64,000 nt of DNA from Candidatus Coprovivens sp. (GCA_051892935.1 JBJFGS010000025.1:80813-144812), one strand, 5' to 3'. Counted from the first letter of the stretch, positions 10,485 through 19,617 are shown. A program made the numbers and translations. Notes: generated by a model from the letters alone, not told the origin.

Positions 10485-11312
10485 ATGAAAGAAAAAAAAG
10501 ACATCAAATATCTTGTCAAAAGTAACAATTACATAGGACTATTATTCTTCGCGCTAGTACTAGCATCACTATTATATATATTAAAAAAAGAAGAAACAAC
10601 ATTTCAAAACATCGAACCAACTATGAATGAAATAACAAACTTACAAGAACAACCTAAAGAAATAACAGAGCCAACAAAAGAAATATCAGATCTCCAAAAC
10701 TATCTAAATACCGGAGATCCAAACACATTTAATATATATCAATCACATTATATATTAAATGAAAAAATAACAAAAGATAACCTTAATAACGAAACTCTTC
10801 TATATATGGCATATAAATATATAGAAAAAACAACCGACTTCACAAACTATATAAACTACCTGGGTTGTGATGAAGCTCAAATCATAGGACTAGATAATCA
10901 AATAACACAATGTGGTGGAACCAAAATAAATGCTACTACTTATACGATGAACAGATATATTACAAAAGAATTATTAAATAAAACAATCAAAAAAATATTT
11001 AACATAAATCTAACTCAATATACAAACTTTTATACAAGTGAAGATAATCTATGTTACTATTTAAAAGACGAATTTTTATGTGTTTCCCATCAAACAAATA
11101 AAATAACAAATTATGGCGAAAAAGAATTTCAAAAAGCATACAAATATAATAATAAAATAGAAATTATAGAAAAATATCATTTCATAAATAATGGAATATA
11201 TTACAAAGGTTTTAATAGCCAAGAAATAGGTGAAGGATATTATAAAAGTACCTTCAATAAAATAAATGGTTCATATTACTGGGAAAGCACAGAGTATTAC
11301 GAAATAAACTAG
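10485..11312 (+). CDS. membrane-anchored extracytoplasmic protein, function unknown
   Basis: N-terminal signal-anchor (LLFFALVLASLLYIL) from an ATG with a TAGGTGA RBS. The track start at 10434 overlaps the AAA gene. Confidence 0.5.
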   Translation: MKEKKDIKYLVKSNNYIGLLFFALVLASLLYILKKEETTFQNIEPTMNEITNLQEQPKEITEPTKEISDLQNYLNTGDPNTFNIYQSHYILNEKITKDNLNNETLLYMAYKYIEKTTDFTNYINYLGCDEAQIIGLDNQITQCGGTKINATTYTMNRYITKELLNKTIKKIFNINLTQYTNFYTSEDNLCYYLKDEFLCVSHQTNKITNYGEKEFQKAYKYNNKIEIIEKYHFINNGIYYKGFNSQEIGEGYYKSTFNKINGSYYWESTEYYEIN

Positions 11313-11332
11313 TTATTTTAACTAGTTTTTTC
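11307..11332 (+). terminator. rho-independent terminator
   Basis: AACTAGTT-atttt-AACTAGTT followed by TTTTT. Confidence 0.6.
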
Positions 11333-11372
11333 TTGATATTTCCTTGACATATCAAGTGTCTAGCAATATAAT
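11332..11372 (+). promoter_or_regulatory. sigma-A type promoter (TTGACA-17-TATAAT) overlapped by an inverted repeat, a likely operator
   Basis: TTGACA at 11344-11349, a 17 nt spacer, TATAAT at 11367-11372. The inverted repeat CTTGATAT (11332-11339) / ATATCAAG (11349-11356) brackets the -35. Confidence 0.6.
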
Positions 11373-11408
11373 TAAGATGTAAAATATAAAAGAAAGGAAT
11401 TGGTAAAA

Positions 11409-12176
11409 ATGCGTAAATTAAATGAATTATTTCAAGAATTAGGAATATCTAAAGTAAGATTAGCAAAATATTTAGGAGTTTCAAGACAAATGGTCTATAA
11501 CTATCTAGAACTAAATGATATAAATAAATGGCCAAAAGAAAAAAAATTATTACTATTTAAATTATTAGATATAAATGATAGTAACGCAATAGAAGATATT
11601 CAAGTAACAACAGACTACTTAATGAATGTTGAAAGTAGATTAAATCAAGGAGTAAAAAGTACGGCTGAAATGGATAATGGTTTAAACTTCAAAGGTTTAA
11701 ATAAAGAATCACAAGTACTCCTAAGCGATATAACTTATCTTCTAAAAGAAAAATTAAGTGATGAGACAAAAGAAGAAAACTACTATGCTATTTTATATCT
11801 ATATCATCTACTACAATCTTTAGATAATGTTCCAGAAATTAAATATATATTTGGTTATATGAGTAAAACAACAGGATTTACCAATCCAGAAGAATATAAA
11901 TTTCAAGAAGATAAACAATTTATTTTTGAAGGTATCCTATACTCAGCTTTAACATTATACAACAACGGAGGAGCATCTCGTTCTAAGTTAGCCGAATCAC
12001 ATAAACGTTTTGTACAAGAAATAGAACAAAAAAATGAAGAAAAACTTTCTCGTACACAACAACTAAATACAATAAAAATTCAAGCACTTAAAGAACTAGG
12101 ATTCACAGAAATAAACGAAAGCAATGCTGCCGAAGTATTTGAAAAAATAGCAGAAATTCAATCAAGAAAGGTTTAG
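11409..12176 (+). CDS. XRE-like helix-turn-helix transcriptional regulator with a C-terminal domain of unknown function
   Basis: N-terminal LGISKVRLAKYLGVSRQMVYNY HTH. ATG at 11409 (the track starts at a TTG at 11400). Confidence 0.55.
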   Translation: MRKLNELFQELGISKVRLAKYLGVSRQMVYNYLELNDINKWPKEKKLLLFKLLDINDSNAIEDIQVTTDYLMNVESRLNQGVKSTAEMDNGLNFKGLNKESQVLLSDITYLLKEKLSDETKEENYYAILYLYHLLQSLDNVPEIKYIFGYMSKTTGFTNPEEYKFQEDKQFIFEGILYSALTLYNNGGASRSKLAESHKRFVQEIEQKNEEKLSRTQQLNTIKIQALKELGFTEINESNAAEVFEKIAEIQSRKV

Positions 12177-12209
12177 CAATAAACCTTTTTTATAATAAAA
12201 GGAGTATAT

Positions 12210-12791
12210 ATGAAAAAGAAAATAATAATATTATCTAGCTTACTATTATTAATTAGTGGATGTAAAGAAAAAGAAATAGAATGTGAAGAGCAAAAAGAAG
12301 AAACACTAATAAAATATAATAATACAAAAATAACCGAAAAAGATGCTCTAGAAGAAACAAAAGAATATATCTTTCCAGTTATATTTGAAAAAGTAATAGG
12401 AGATATTTTAACAGAAGAAATGAAGGATAAACTCGAAGATGGAAATAACTACGCAGAAGAAACAATAGAAGAACTAAAAACTTACTATGAAGATGAACTT
12501 GAAAAAGCAATAATATCCTATACATCATATAAAACAATAGAAGAATATAAAAGATCAATTTTAATAAGTTATTTACAAGAAGAATATTTTAAAGAATATA
12601 TTAGCAATAAAGAAAAAATAGATTACAACGAAATTACCGATGATAATTTAACTAATTATTATAAAAAATATTATGTTGAGAGTATAAACGACTTATTAAA
12701 AAAATATAATGTAACATTCGAAAATAAAGATTATAAAAAGATGTATGAAAAATATATAGAAGAAAAAGAAACTTACTATAATAATAACTAA
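12210..12791 (+). CDS. lipoprotein, Glu/Lys/Tyr-rich
   Basis: Signal peptide with a lipobox LLLISGC. RBS AAAGGAG. Confidence 0.6.
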   Translation: MKKKIIILSSLLLLISGCKEKEIECEEQKEETLIKYNNTKITEKDALEETKEYIFPVIFEKVIGDILTEEMKDKLEDGNNYAEETIEELKTYYEDELEKAIISYTSYKTIEEYKRSILISYLQEEYFKEYISNKEKIDYNEITDDNLTNYYKKYYVESINDLLKKYNVTFENKDYKKMYEKYIEEKETYYNNN

Positions 12792-12813
12792 AGCACATTT
12801 TGTGCTTTTTTAA
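12791..12813 (+). terminator. rho-independent terminator
   Basis: AAGCAC-atttt-GTGCTT followed by TTTTTT. Confidence 0.6.
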
Positions 12814-13005
12814 TAATTTAAAGTGTCCTATTAGCATAATAAGAATAGAGAAGGGGAAGATAAAGAAATTAAAGAAAACATTCTTAAAAATAGCTAAAAA
12901 CGCCCAAAAATATATAACATAAATAAAATTAATAAGTATGAAAAAATAATAATTAAAAAATAAAAAGATCAAACTCATAAACATAACATTTGTTCGCTAG
13001 CAAAA

Positions 13006-13050
13006 ATTAAAAAACTCCCCCTATTCAAAAATGCAAAAATTAATAGGGGA
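13006..13050 (-). terminator. rho-independent terminator read on the minus strand
   Basis: Stem CCCCTATT / AATAGGGG (13017-13025 / 13042-13049) with a U-run on the minus strand (plus-strand A-run 13006-13014). It lies about 660 nt downstream of the zupT stop. Confidence 0.5.
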
Positions 13051-13099
13051 CTCGAATTAAAAAAATACAAATAAAACATTCAAAAAAAAGATACAATTA

Positions 13100-13415
13100 T
13101 TCAATGAGATAATGAAACTAATCATATAATTAAATCTCGAATCCTAATTTGAAATAACCACAGTCCATAGATTGATAATTTATCAATTATTTAAATGTCG
13201 ATTCCAATTTCATAATACAGATTACGAAATATTAATTCCACGAGATGATAAATTGTTCATCTTTTAAAATCTCGATGCCGATTTAAAACAATAAATAAGA
13301 AACGAGACGATGAAGTATTCATCAAAAGAAATCTCGATTCCTAATTTAAAAGTTTAAATAGAAATCAAGCTAAAGAACTAATAAGCTAACAGAAATTCGT
13401 TTCCAATAAATGCCA
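13100..13415. repeat. four tandem degenerate ~70 bp units, each carrying nested palindromes (CGAGAT...ATCTCG and an inner GATGAA...TTCATC-type hairpin)
   Basis: Units begin near 13106, 13164, 13233 and 13301. The conserved core is AAATCTCGATTCC-AATTT. The inner hairpin arms co-vary between units (ATGA/TCAT, TGATAA/TTATCA, GATGA/TCATC, GATGAA/TTCATC). Confidence 0.6.
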
Positions 13416-13718
13416 AACCAAAAACGAACAAATGTATAACATATAAGAAAATAATAATTTTAAATTTTTTCTTAAATTAAAGATTAATTAAATAATAATT
13501 ATATAATATATATTAATAAAATAAAACTAAAGAAAAATAACATAATAAAGAAATAAATTAACAAAATAATTTTCTATATATAAATGAATTTTTAAATTAA
13601 ATATTTAACTTCGTATAATATATATTATGTTAACCAATTAAATATTTTATAAAAAATAAATACTATTATTCATAATAATTATATTTATAAAGTTTAAAAA
13701 AGCTCATATTAAAAACTT

Positions 13719-14447
13719 CTATAAAGATATGATAATTATTATAATTCCAAATATAATCCCCATAATAAGCCATTTATAACATTTATAAGAGATTCCTTCT
13801 TTTAAAATTTTTAAAACACTAAGACTAATCATAATACCACCAGTAATTATTAGAATAATACTCATAATAAAATCATTAATAAAATTATTTAAAAAAATAA
13901 TACTAAATAAAGCACCAAAAACTTCCCCCATAGAACTAATAATAGTCATAAAAAAAGCTTTCCCCCTACTTCCAGTACTATAATAAATAGGTAAACTAAT
14001 ACATATTCCTTCCGGAATATTATGAATCATAATAATAAAACTCATCTTCAAACCTAAAGAAAGATTATTACTACTAGTTAAAGCACAAATAACTCCTTCA
14101 GGAACATTATGAACAAATAAACTAAGCATACTAAGAATACCTATCTTATATAAGCTACTCTCCCCTACAATATTTCTATCAATAACAAAAACAATTATAT
14201 AACCAATCAATAATAAAATTAAACCATACACAAAAATACCAAATATACTAAAATCATTATTAACCAATAATAAACCATCAGGAATTAATTCTATAATAGA
14301 GATTAAAAACATAACTATAAAAGATAACCCCATTGAAAAAGAGATTAACTTATTTTTATATTTTACATCAATAAATAATAGTATATTTCCTAATATAGTA
14401 GCAAATCCAGCTATAAAAGTTATAATTAAAGGATAAATATTTTTCAT
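13719..14447 (-). CDS. zupT: ZIP-family zinc transporter ZupT
   Basis: Two HN(V/I)PEG motifs (FVHNVPEGV, MIHNIPEGI). 242 aa polytopic membrane protein. Confidence 0.85.
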   Translation of the reverse strand: MKNIYPLIITFIAGFATILGNILLFIDVKYKNKLISFSMGLSFIVMFLISIIELIPDGLLLVNNDFSIFGIFVYGLILLLIGYIIVFVIDRNIVGESSLYKIGILSMLSLFVHNVPEGVICALTSSNNLSLGLKMSFIIMIHNIPEGICISLPIYYSTGSRGKAFFMTIISSMGEVFGALFSIIFLNNFINDFIMSIILIITGGIMISLSVLKILKEGISYKCYKWLIMGIIFGIIIIIISL

Positions 14448-14530
14448 AGTAAATTATATTCAATAAATTACCAACTATTACCATAATATATTATTAAATA
14501 TAGCTAATAATAGTATTAGGAGGTTAGATT

Positions 14531-14656
14531 ATGAGCAGAAAAGAAAATAATCAAAAATCTTCTAGTAGATGTAATAATAATGCTAGAAGCAAAGAAAGAT
14601 CTAATGCTAGATCAAATGAACAAAAACAATCTGGATCAAAAAGCCAAAATAAGTAA
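14531..14656 (+). CDS. small highly basic, polar protein (41 aa), not in the ORF track
   Basis: MSRKENNQKSSSRCNNNARSKERSNARSNEQKQSGSKSQNK. Perfect AGGAGG RBS 7 nt upstream. Followed by a terminator. Confidence 0.4.
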   Translation: MSRKENNQKSSSRCNNNARSKERSNARSNEQKQSGSKSQNK

Positions 14657-14663
14657 TCAAAAT

Positions 14664-14696
14664 AAAAAGAACTATTTTTTAGTTCTTTTATTTTTT
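14664..14696. terminator. bidirectional rho-independent terminator
   Basis: AGAACTA-tttttt-TAGTTCT flanked by an A-run and a T-run. Serves both the small plus-strand ORF and the minus-strand gene ending at 14688. Confidence 0.55.
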
Positions 14697-15311
14697 TACC
14701 AAACAAGTAACTGCTTCTCTATCTTTTGTCTCACTATTAACATAATAGCAAGTACATAAATTTTCCCTGCAGCTACCACAATCAACAGCAGTAGCACATT
14801 TCGTTAATCTAATTTTCTCGCTATTTTGAGGGCTAACTGAACCAGGGTTATTAACAACTTTTTCTAAACCTGCAACTTTAGTTGCTCCTTGCTTATTTAA
14901 ATTAGTATATGAACTAGGAATAATTATAGTAAAGCCATCATCGCACTTAGTTTCATACAAATTAGTAAGTTTTTCGTTAAGTACTTTAAATTCAGCCAAT
15001 TGAGCGATACATGAATTTAAATTTATATTATCACAATAATATTTATTATCTAAGTAAGTAAACCAACTACCAACTATATCCAAACTATAATTCTGTATTT
15101 CTTTTCTTTTAGCATCTTCTTTTTTATATTCCTCAAGTAATTCTATTACAGGTTCTAGTTCACTTACACTTCCACTAACATAATACTTAGTCAAACTATT
15201 CGTAACAATCTCCGTATAATCTGAAGTTTTAAAATCAATAATTTTTTTACCTCCAAAAATAATTCCTACAATCAATAATATTATTAGTATAATAGGTAAA
15301 GCCTTTTTCAT
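14688..15311 (-). CDS. secreted or membrane-anchored cysteine-rich protein (10 Cys in the C-terminal half)
   Basis: Signal-anchor (ALPIILIILLIVGIIFGG). Its start overlaps the recombinase stop (ATGA). Confidence 0.5.
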   Translation of the reverse strand: MKKALPIILIILLIVGIIFGGKKIIDFKTSDYTEIVTNSLTKYYVSGSVSELEPVIELLEEYKKEDAKRKEIQNYSLDIVGSWFTYLDNKYYCDNINLNSCIAQLAEFKVLNEKLTNLYETKCDDGFTIIIPSSYTNLNKQGATKVAGLEKVVNNPGSVSPQNSEKIRLTKCATAVDCGSCRENLCTCYYVNSETKDREAVTCLVKK

Positions 15312-16210
15312 AAATCCTCCTTATAAATTTTATTTCTTGGATGACATTGATAATCACTCTTTATTTTCTCATTTACTAAATGAGCATATATTTGTGTAGT
15401 AGATATATCTTCGTGTCCAAGTAATTCTTGTATAATTCTCAAATCTGCCCCATTTTTTAATAAATGAGTAGCAAAAGAATGTCTAAGTACATGAGGAGAT
15501 ACATTTTTCTCTATTCCAGCTCTTTTACATTCTTTCTTTAATATTTTAAAAAATCCTTGCCTACTTATATTAGTCAAACTATTAGAAATAAACAAATAAT
15601 CGGATACTTTATCTTTTAAAATAATATTTCTATATTCCGTAACATAAATAGTCAAATATTTTAAAGCTAAATCAGTAACAGGAACTATTCTTTCCTTTTT
15701 GCCTTTCCCCATAACTCTTATAAAACAATTTTGAACATCAACATCAATTAATTTTAAATTACACAATTCAGTTATTCTAAGCCCTGTTGCATAAAGTAAT
15801 TCTAACATTGCTTTATTTCGATAGTCATAAGGGGTTAATAAGTTTATATTAAGTAACTTATTTACTTCATCTTCAGTTAAATAAGTTGGTAATTTCCTAG
15901 CATTCTTAGGACTAGAAATATTACTACAAGGATTTTCCTTTATAATATTATCATTAACTAAAAAAGTATAAAAAGAATTAATAACTGTTGTATAATGAGA
16001 AATAGTTCTAGAATTCTTATCTTGTATTGTAGCAATATATTTTTTTAAATCATCATAAGTATTATTAACGACATTTCCTTTAAAGAAAATATCAAAGTCT
16101 TTAAGATCATTTAAATAACTCTTTAAAGTATTATTAGATAACTTTCTTTCGAATTCTAAATACTTTAAATACTTATTAATATATTCACTAGGAACATATT
16201 CATCTTTCAT
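15308..16210 (-). CDS. tyrosine recombinase, XerC/XerD family
   Basis: 300 aa. R...K...HxxRHxxAT...GHxx...Y catalytic residues (ATGLRITE, HVLRHSFATHLL, LLGHEDISTTQIYAH). Confidence 0.85.
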   Translation of the reverse strand: MKDEYVPSEYINKYLKYLEFERKLSNNTLKSYLNDLKDFDIFFKGNVVNNTYDDLKKYIATIQDKNSRTISHYTTVINSFYTFLVNDNIIKENPCSNISSPKNARKLPTYLTEDEVNKLLNINLLTPYDYRNKAMLELLYATGLRITELCNLKLIDVDVQNCFIRVMGKGKKERIVPVTDLALKYLTIYVTEYRNIILKDKVSDYLFISNSLTNISRQGFFKILKKECKRAGIEKNVSPHVLRHSFATHLLKNGADLRIIQELLGHEDISTTQIYAHLVNEKIKSDYQCHPRNKIYKEDL

Positions 16211-16289
16211 ATTACCACCCTACTATTAAAATTATATAAAATTTCTCATAAAAAGTAAATTACTAAAAAAGATAATCTTTCGATTACCT

Positions 16290-17336
16290 TTAACAACCCC
16301 CAGCACCTACCCACATATCTTCAGAATAAGTATTTATTATCTCTTCTTTTAATTTACCATTATTAATAGAAAGTTTAAATTCAGTAAAAATATCACAACT
16401 TCCAACAACATAATAAATATAATTATCTCCAATATCAAGATAAGAATCAGTATAAATCATATATGAAGTTTTAGTTTCACCAGTAACATCATCATCAATT
16501 GTAGTTTCAACCGCTTTAGTATAATTCATTTTTAAAGTATATTCTTTATCTACATATATACCTTGTAAACTAAAGTAAGAAAGTTGATTTATAATCTCCT
16601 TTAAAACAACTCCATCACTATTCAAAATATATGCAATATTTTCATAAGTGTTTCTATGATTAAAAATATTATTATCCGATATAATATCATTGTTATTTCC
16701 TAAAAATAACACTAAGTACTCATCTTTTTCATCTTCCGACTTAAATGTTTTAGAAACATATAAATTATCGTTAAAATAATTATCTATAACACTAGAATCA
16801 GTAAAAACAGAAACAATAGATATATCAATAGATTTATTTCCAGCTAAAAATACTTCTCGTCTTAAAACATAATAATCTTTTGAATCATTATCATCAAAAT
16901 CAGCTTCTACATATGATTCTTTATCCAAATAATAATAAAATATTAATGGAACTTTATGTCCATTTAAAACAGCCTCTTTATTAACTTCTTTATAGAATGT
17001 ATATTTATCATTTTTTACTGGAGGCAATAATTCTTTGTTTTCATCCAAATTATCTTTTAAATCAAGATTTTCTTTACTTTGATTATCTTTTTCTAAAGTG
17101 TTATCATTTTTTGCATGCATTAAATACAAATTCCATCCACCAAAACCAATAATACCTATCAATATCAGGAATAACAATACAATCAAAAAAACATTACTTT
17201 TCCTTTTTTTAGGCATGACATCTTTAGGGATAGTTACACCATTGTTTCCATTTTCTTCTAAAACTTCATTAGATCTACTAGGTCTAATAACATTATTATT
17301 CACTTCCAACACCTCACTACTATTAAATAATAACAC
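16290..17336 (-). CDS. single-pass membrane protein with a large extracytoplasmic domain, function unknown
   Basis: TM helix VFLIVLLFLILIGIIGFGGW after a roughly 45 aa N-terminal tail. The start is uncertain (the track start is a TTG). Confidence 0.45.
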   Translation of the reverse strand: MLLFNSSEVLEVNNNVIRPSRSNEVLEENGNNGVTIPKDVMPKKRKSNVFLIVLLFLILIGIIGFGGWNLYLMHAKNDNTLEKDNQSKENLDLKDNLDENKELLPPVKNDKYTFYKEVNKEAVLNGHKVPLIFYYYLDKESYVEADFDDNDSKDYYVLRREVFLAGNKSIDISIVSVFTDSSVIDNYFNDNLYVSKTFKSEDEKDEYLVLFLGNNNDIISDNNIFNHRNTYENIAYILNSDGVVLKEIINQLSYFSLQGIYVDKEYTLKMNYTKAVETTIDDDVTGETKTSYMIYTDSYLDIGDNYIYYVVGSCDIFTEFKLSINNGKLKEEIINTYSEDMWVGAGGC

Positions 17337-17408
17337 AAAATACCTAAAAAAAATAAAAAAATATCAAATTTTCTTATATTTTGTTATAATTAATTATAGG
17401 TGATCAAT

Positions 17409-18608
17409 ATGGAAGTACTTGCAGACAAACTAAGACCACAATGTATCAACGACATAATTGGTCAAAAACATCTTGTTGGTGAAAATAAAATAATCAGAAA
17501 TTTAGTAGAAAATAATCACATTGTAAGTATGATATTATATGGAAAACCAGGTATAGGAAAAACTTCAATAGCTTGTGCCATTGCTCAAGAAATAAAAAAA
17601 CCATACCGTATGTTAAATGCAACCATAAATAACAAGCAAGACTTTGATATAGTAATTGAAGAAGCTAAAATGAACGGTGAAATGATTGTTATAATGGATG
17701 AAATACATCGTCTAAATAAAGACAAACAAGACTTATTACTTCCATATATTGAAAATGGTTTAATAATTCTTATAGGAATGACAACATCGAATCCATATCA
17801 TAAAATAAATCCAGCAATTAGAAGTCGTTGTCAAATATTCGAATTAAAAGAACTTACAATAGAAGATATAAAAGAAGGACTAGACAGAGCATCAAAGCAT
17901 TTAAAAGGTCTTATAATAGACGAAGATGCCAAAAATACAATTGCTCGTTTATCATCAGGTGATTTAAGGAACGCCATAAATTTACTGGAAGTATCATATT
18001 ATGCTACTAAAGATAAACATATAACATTAGAAGTCGTTGAAAAAATAAATGCCAAAGCTGTCTTTTTTTCAGATGCTAATGAAGATGCCCACTACGATGT
18101 ATTATCAGGACTTCAAAAATCAATAAGAGGATCAGATGTTGATGCATCACTACACTACTTAGCTAGATTAATTACCGAAGGAGATTTAGATAGTATATAT
18201 AGAAGATTAAGCGTTATCGCTTATGAAGATATAGGGCTTGCAAATCCAGGAATAGGACCTAAAGTAATTGCAGCTATCGAAGCGGCAGAACTTGTTGGAC
18301 TACCAGAAGCTAGAATACCATTAGGAACTATTGTTACAGAAATGGCCTTAAGCCCTAAAAGTAATAGCGCCCACATTGCCCTAGATGCTGCACTATCAGA
18401 TATAGAATCAGGAACAACGGGAAACTTACCAGAACACATAAAAACAAATTCGCCACTATATAAGTACCCTCACGACTATCCAAATGCTTGGGTAAATCAA
18501 CAATATCTTCCAGATAACATAAAAAATAAAAAATACTATAAACCTAAAAACAATAAATACGAATTAAATTTAAATAAAATACATTCAGAAATGAAAGGTG
18601 GAAAATAA
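17409..18608 (+). CDS. rarA: recombination factor RarA (MgsA), AAA ATPase
   Basis: GKPGIGKTS Walker A and the full RarA layout. ATG with an AGGTGA RBS. Confidence 0.9.
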   Translation: MEVLADKLRPQCINDIIGQKHLVGENKIIRNLVENNHIVSMILYGKPGIGKTSIACAIAQEIKKPYRMLNATINNKQDFDIVIEEAKMNGEMIVIMDEIHRLNKDKQDLLLPYIENGLIILIGMTTSNPYHKINPAIRSRCQIFELKELTIEDIKEGLDRASKHLKGLIIDEDAKNTIARLSSGDLRNAINLLEVSYYATKDKHITLEVVEKINAKAVFFSDANEDAHYDVLSGLQKSIRGSDVDASLHYLARLITEGDLDSIYRRLSVIAYEDIGLANPGIGPKVIAAIEAAELVGLPEARIPLGTIVTEMALSPKSNSAHIALDAALSDIESGTTGNLPEHIKTNSPLYKYPHDYPNAWVNQQYLPDNIKNKKYYKPKNNKYELNLNKIHSEMKGGK

Positions 18609-18609
18609 A

Positions 18610-19590
18610 ATGAAAATAGCCCTAATAGGAACTGGAGTTTATGGACTTGCAATTGCCATGGCCATAAGTAAAAACCATAAAGATATAACAATGTGGACAG
18701 AATCAGATGAAAGATACGAAAAATACATAAAAGATGGTAAAGTACTAAAAGACATAATACCTAACATAGAAGCACCCAAAAACATAAAACTTACCATATC
18801 ATACGAAAAAGCCGTAAAAGATGCTGATATAGTATTTATAACATCAACTGCAGCATTCGTAGGAAGCATATGCAAAAATATCAATCCATTTATTACTAAA
18901 AAAACTGTTGTATGTATCGCTTCAAAAGGAATAGAAAACACATCGTGTGCCTTCTTAAGTGATATCGCCTACGAAAACTTAAAAACAAAACATATAGCGA
19001 TAATTTCAGGCCCCTCATTTGCAATTGATATGGCCTCAAACAACCCAGTTGGATTATCACTAGCATCTCATAGTAGAAAAGCAACAAAACTAATAAAAAA
19101 TGCTTTAGAAAACGATACATTAAAACTAAGACCAACTAATGATCTTATAGGTGTCCAAATATGTGGCTCAGTAAAAAATATTATAGCAGTAGCAGCTGGA
19201 ATGTTAGATGGAATGAATTATCCAGAATCTACTCAAAGTTTTTTAATAACTGAAGCTTTAAATGATATAAAAAATCTAATAGGAGCCTTAGGAGGAAATC
19301 CCAGAACCATTACATCATTTGCTGGTGTTGGAGACTTACTACTAACATGTACATCAACCAAAAGTAGAAACTTCTCCTTCGGAAGAATAATTGGTCAAGG
19401 TGCAACCAAAGAAGAAAAAGAAGAACATCTAAAAAATAACACAGTCGAAGGATACTACACATTAAAAAGCATTTACAAACTAATTAAAAATAAAAAAATA
19501 AAAATGCCTATAATAGATTTAATTTACAAAATAGTAATGAATGATGAAGATCCACAATTACTTATTTCATTCTTAGTAAACAAAAAATAA
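18610..19590 (+). CDS. gpsA: NAD(P)H-dependent glycerol-3-phosphate dehydrogenase
   Basis: MKIALIGTGVYG Rossmann N-terminus and conserved GpsA core. The ATG lies 1 nt after the rarA stop. Confidence 0.9.
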   Translation: MKIALIGTGVYGLAIAMAISKNHKDITMWTESDERYEKYIKDGKVLKDIIPNIEAPKNIKLTISYEKAVKDADIVFITSTAAFVGSICKNINPFITKKTVVCIASKGIENTSCAFLSDIAYENLKTKHIAIISGPSFAIDMASNNPVGLSLASHSRKATKLIKNALENDTLKLRPTNDLIGVQICGSVKNIIAVAAGMLDGMNYPESTQSFLITEALNDIKNLIGALGGNPRTITSFAGVGDLLLTCTSTKSRNFSFGRIIGQGATKEEKEEHLKNNTVEGYYTLKSIYKLIKNKKIKMPIIDLIYKIVMNDEDPQLLISFLVNKK

Positions 19591-19617
19591 AGTATAAATT
19601 CATACTTTATTTTTTTA
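19590..19617 (+). terminator. rho-independent terminator
   Basis: AAGTATA-aattc-ATACTT followed by a T-run. The adjacent hairpin AAGACTACT-attc-AGTAGTCTT (19623-19644) acts for the convergent minus-strand genes. Confidence 0.55.

Noticed and set aside
13100-13415. Possible CRISPR array
   Set aside because: The repeats are only about 70% identical to each other and about 22-24 nt long, with irregular spacing (58-72 bp) and internal palindromes that differ between units. No cas genes lie anywhere in the window. This is not CRISPR-like.
13440-13718. Replication origin (AT-rich block plus nearby repeats)
   Set aside because: There are no DnaA boxes (TTATCCACA / TGTGGATAA) and no dnaA, dnaN or parAB nearby. 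AT-richness is the genome background.
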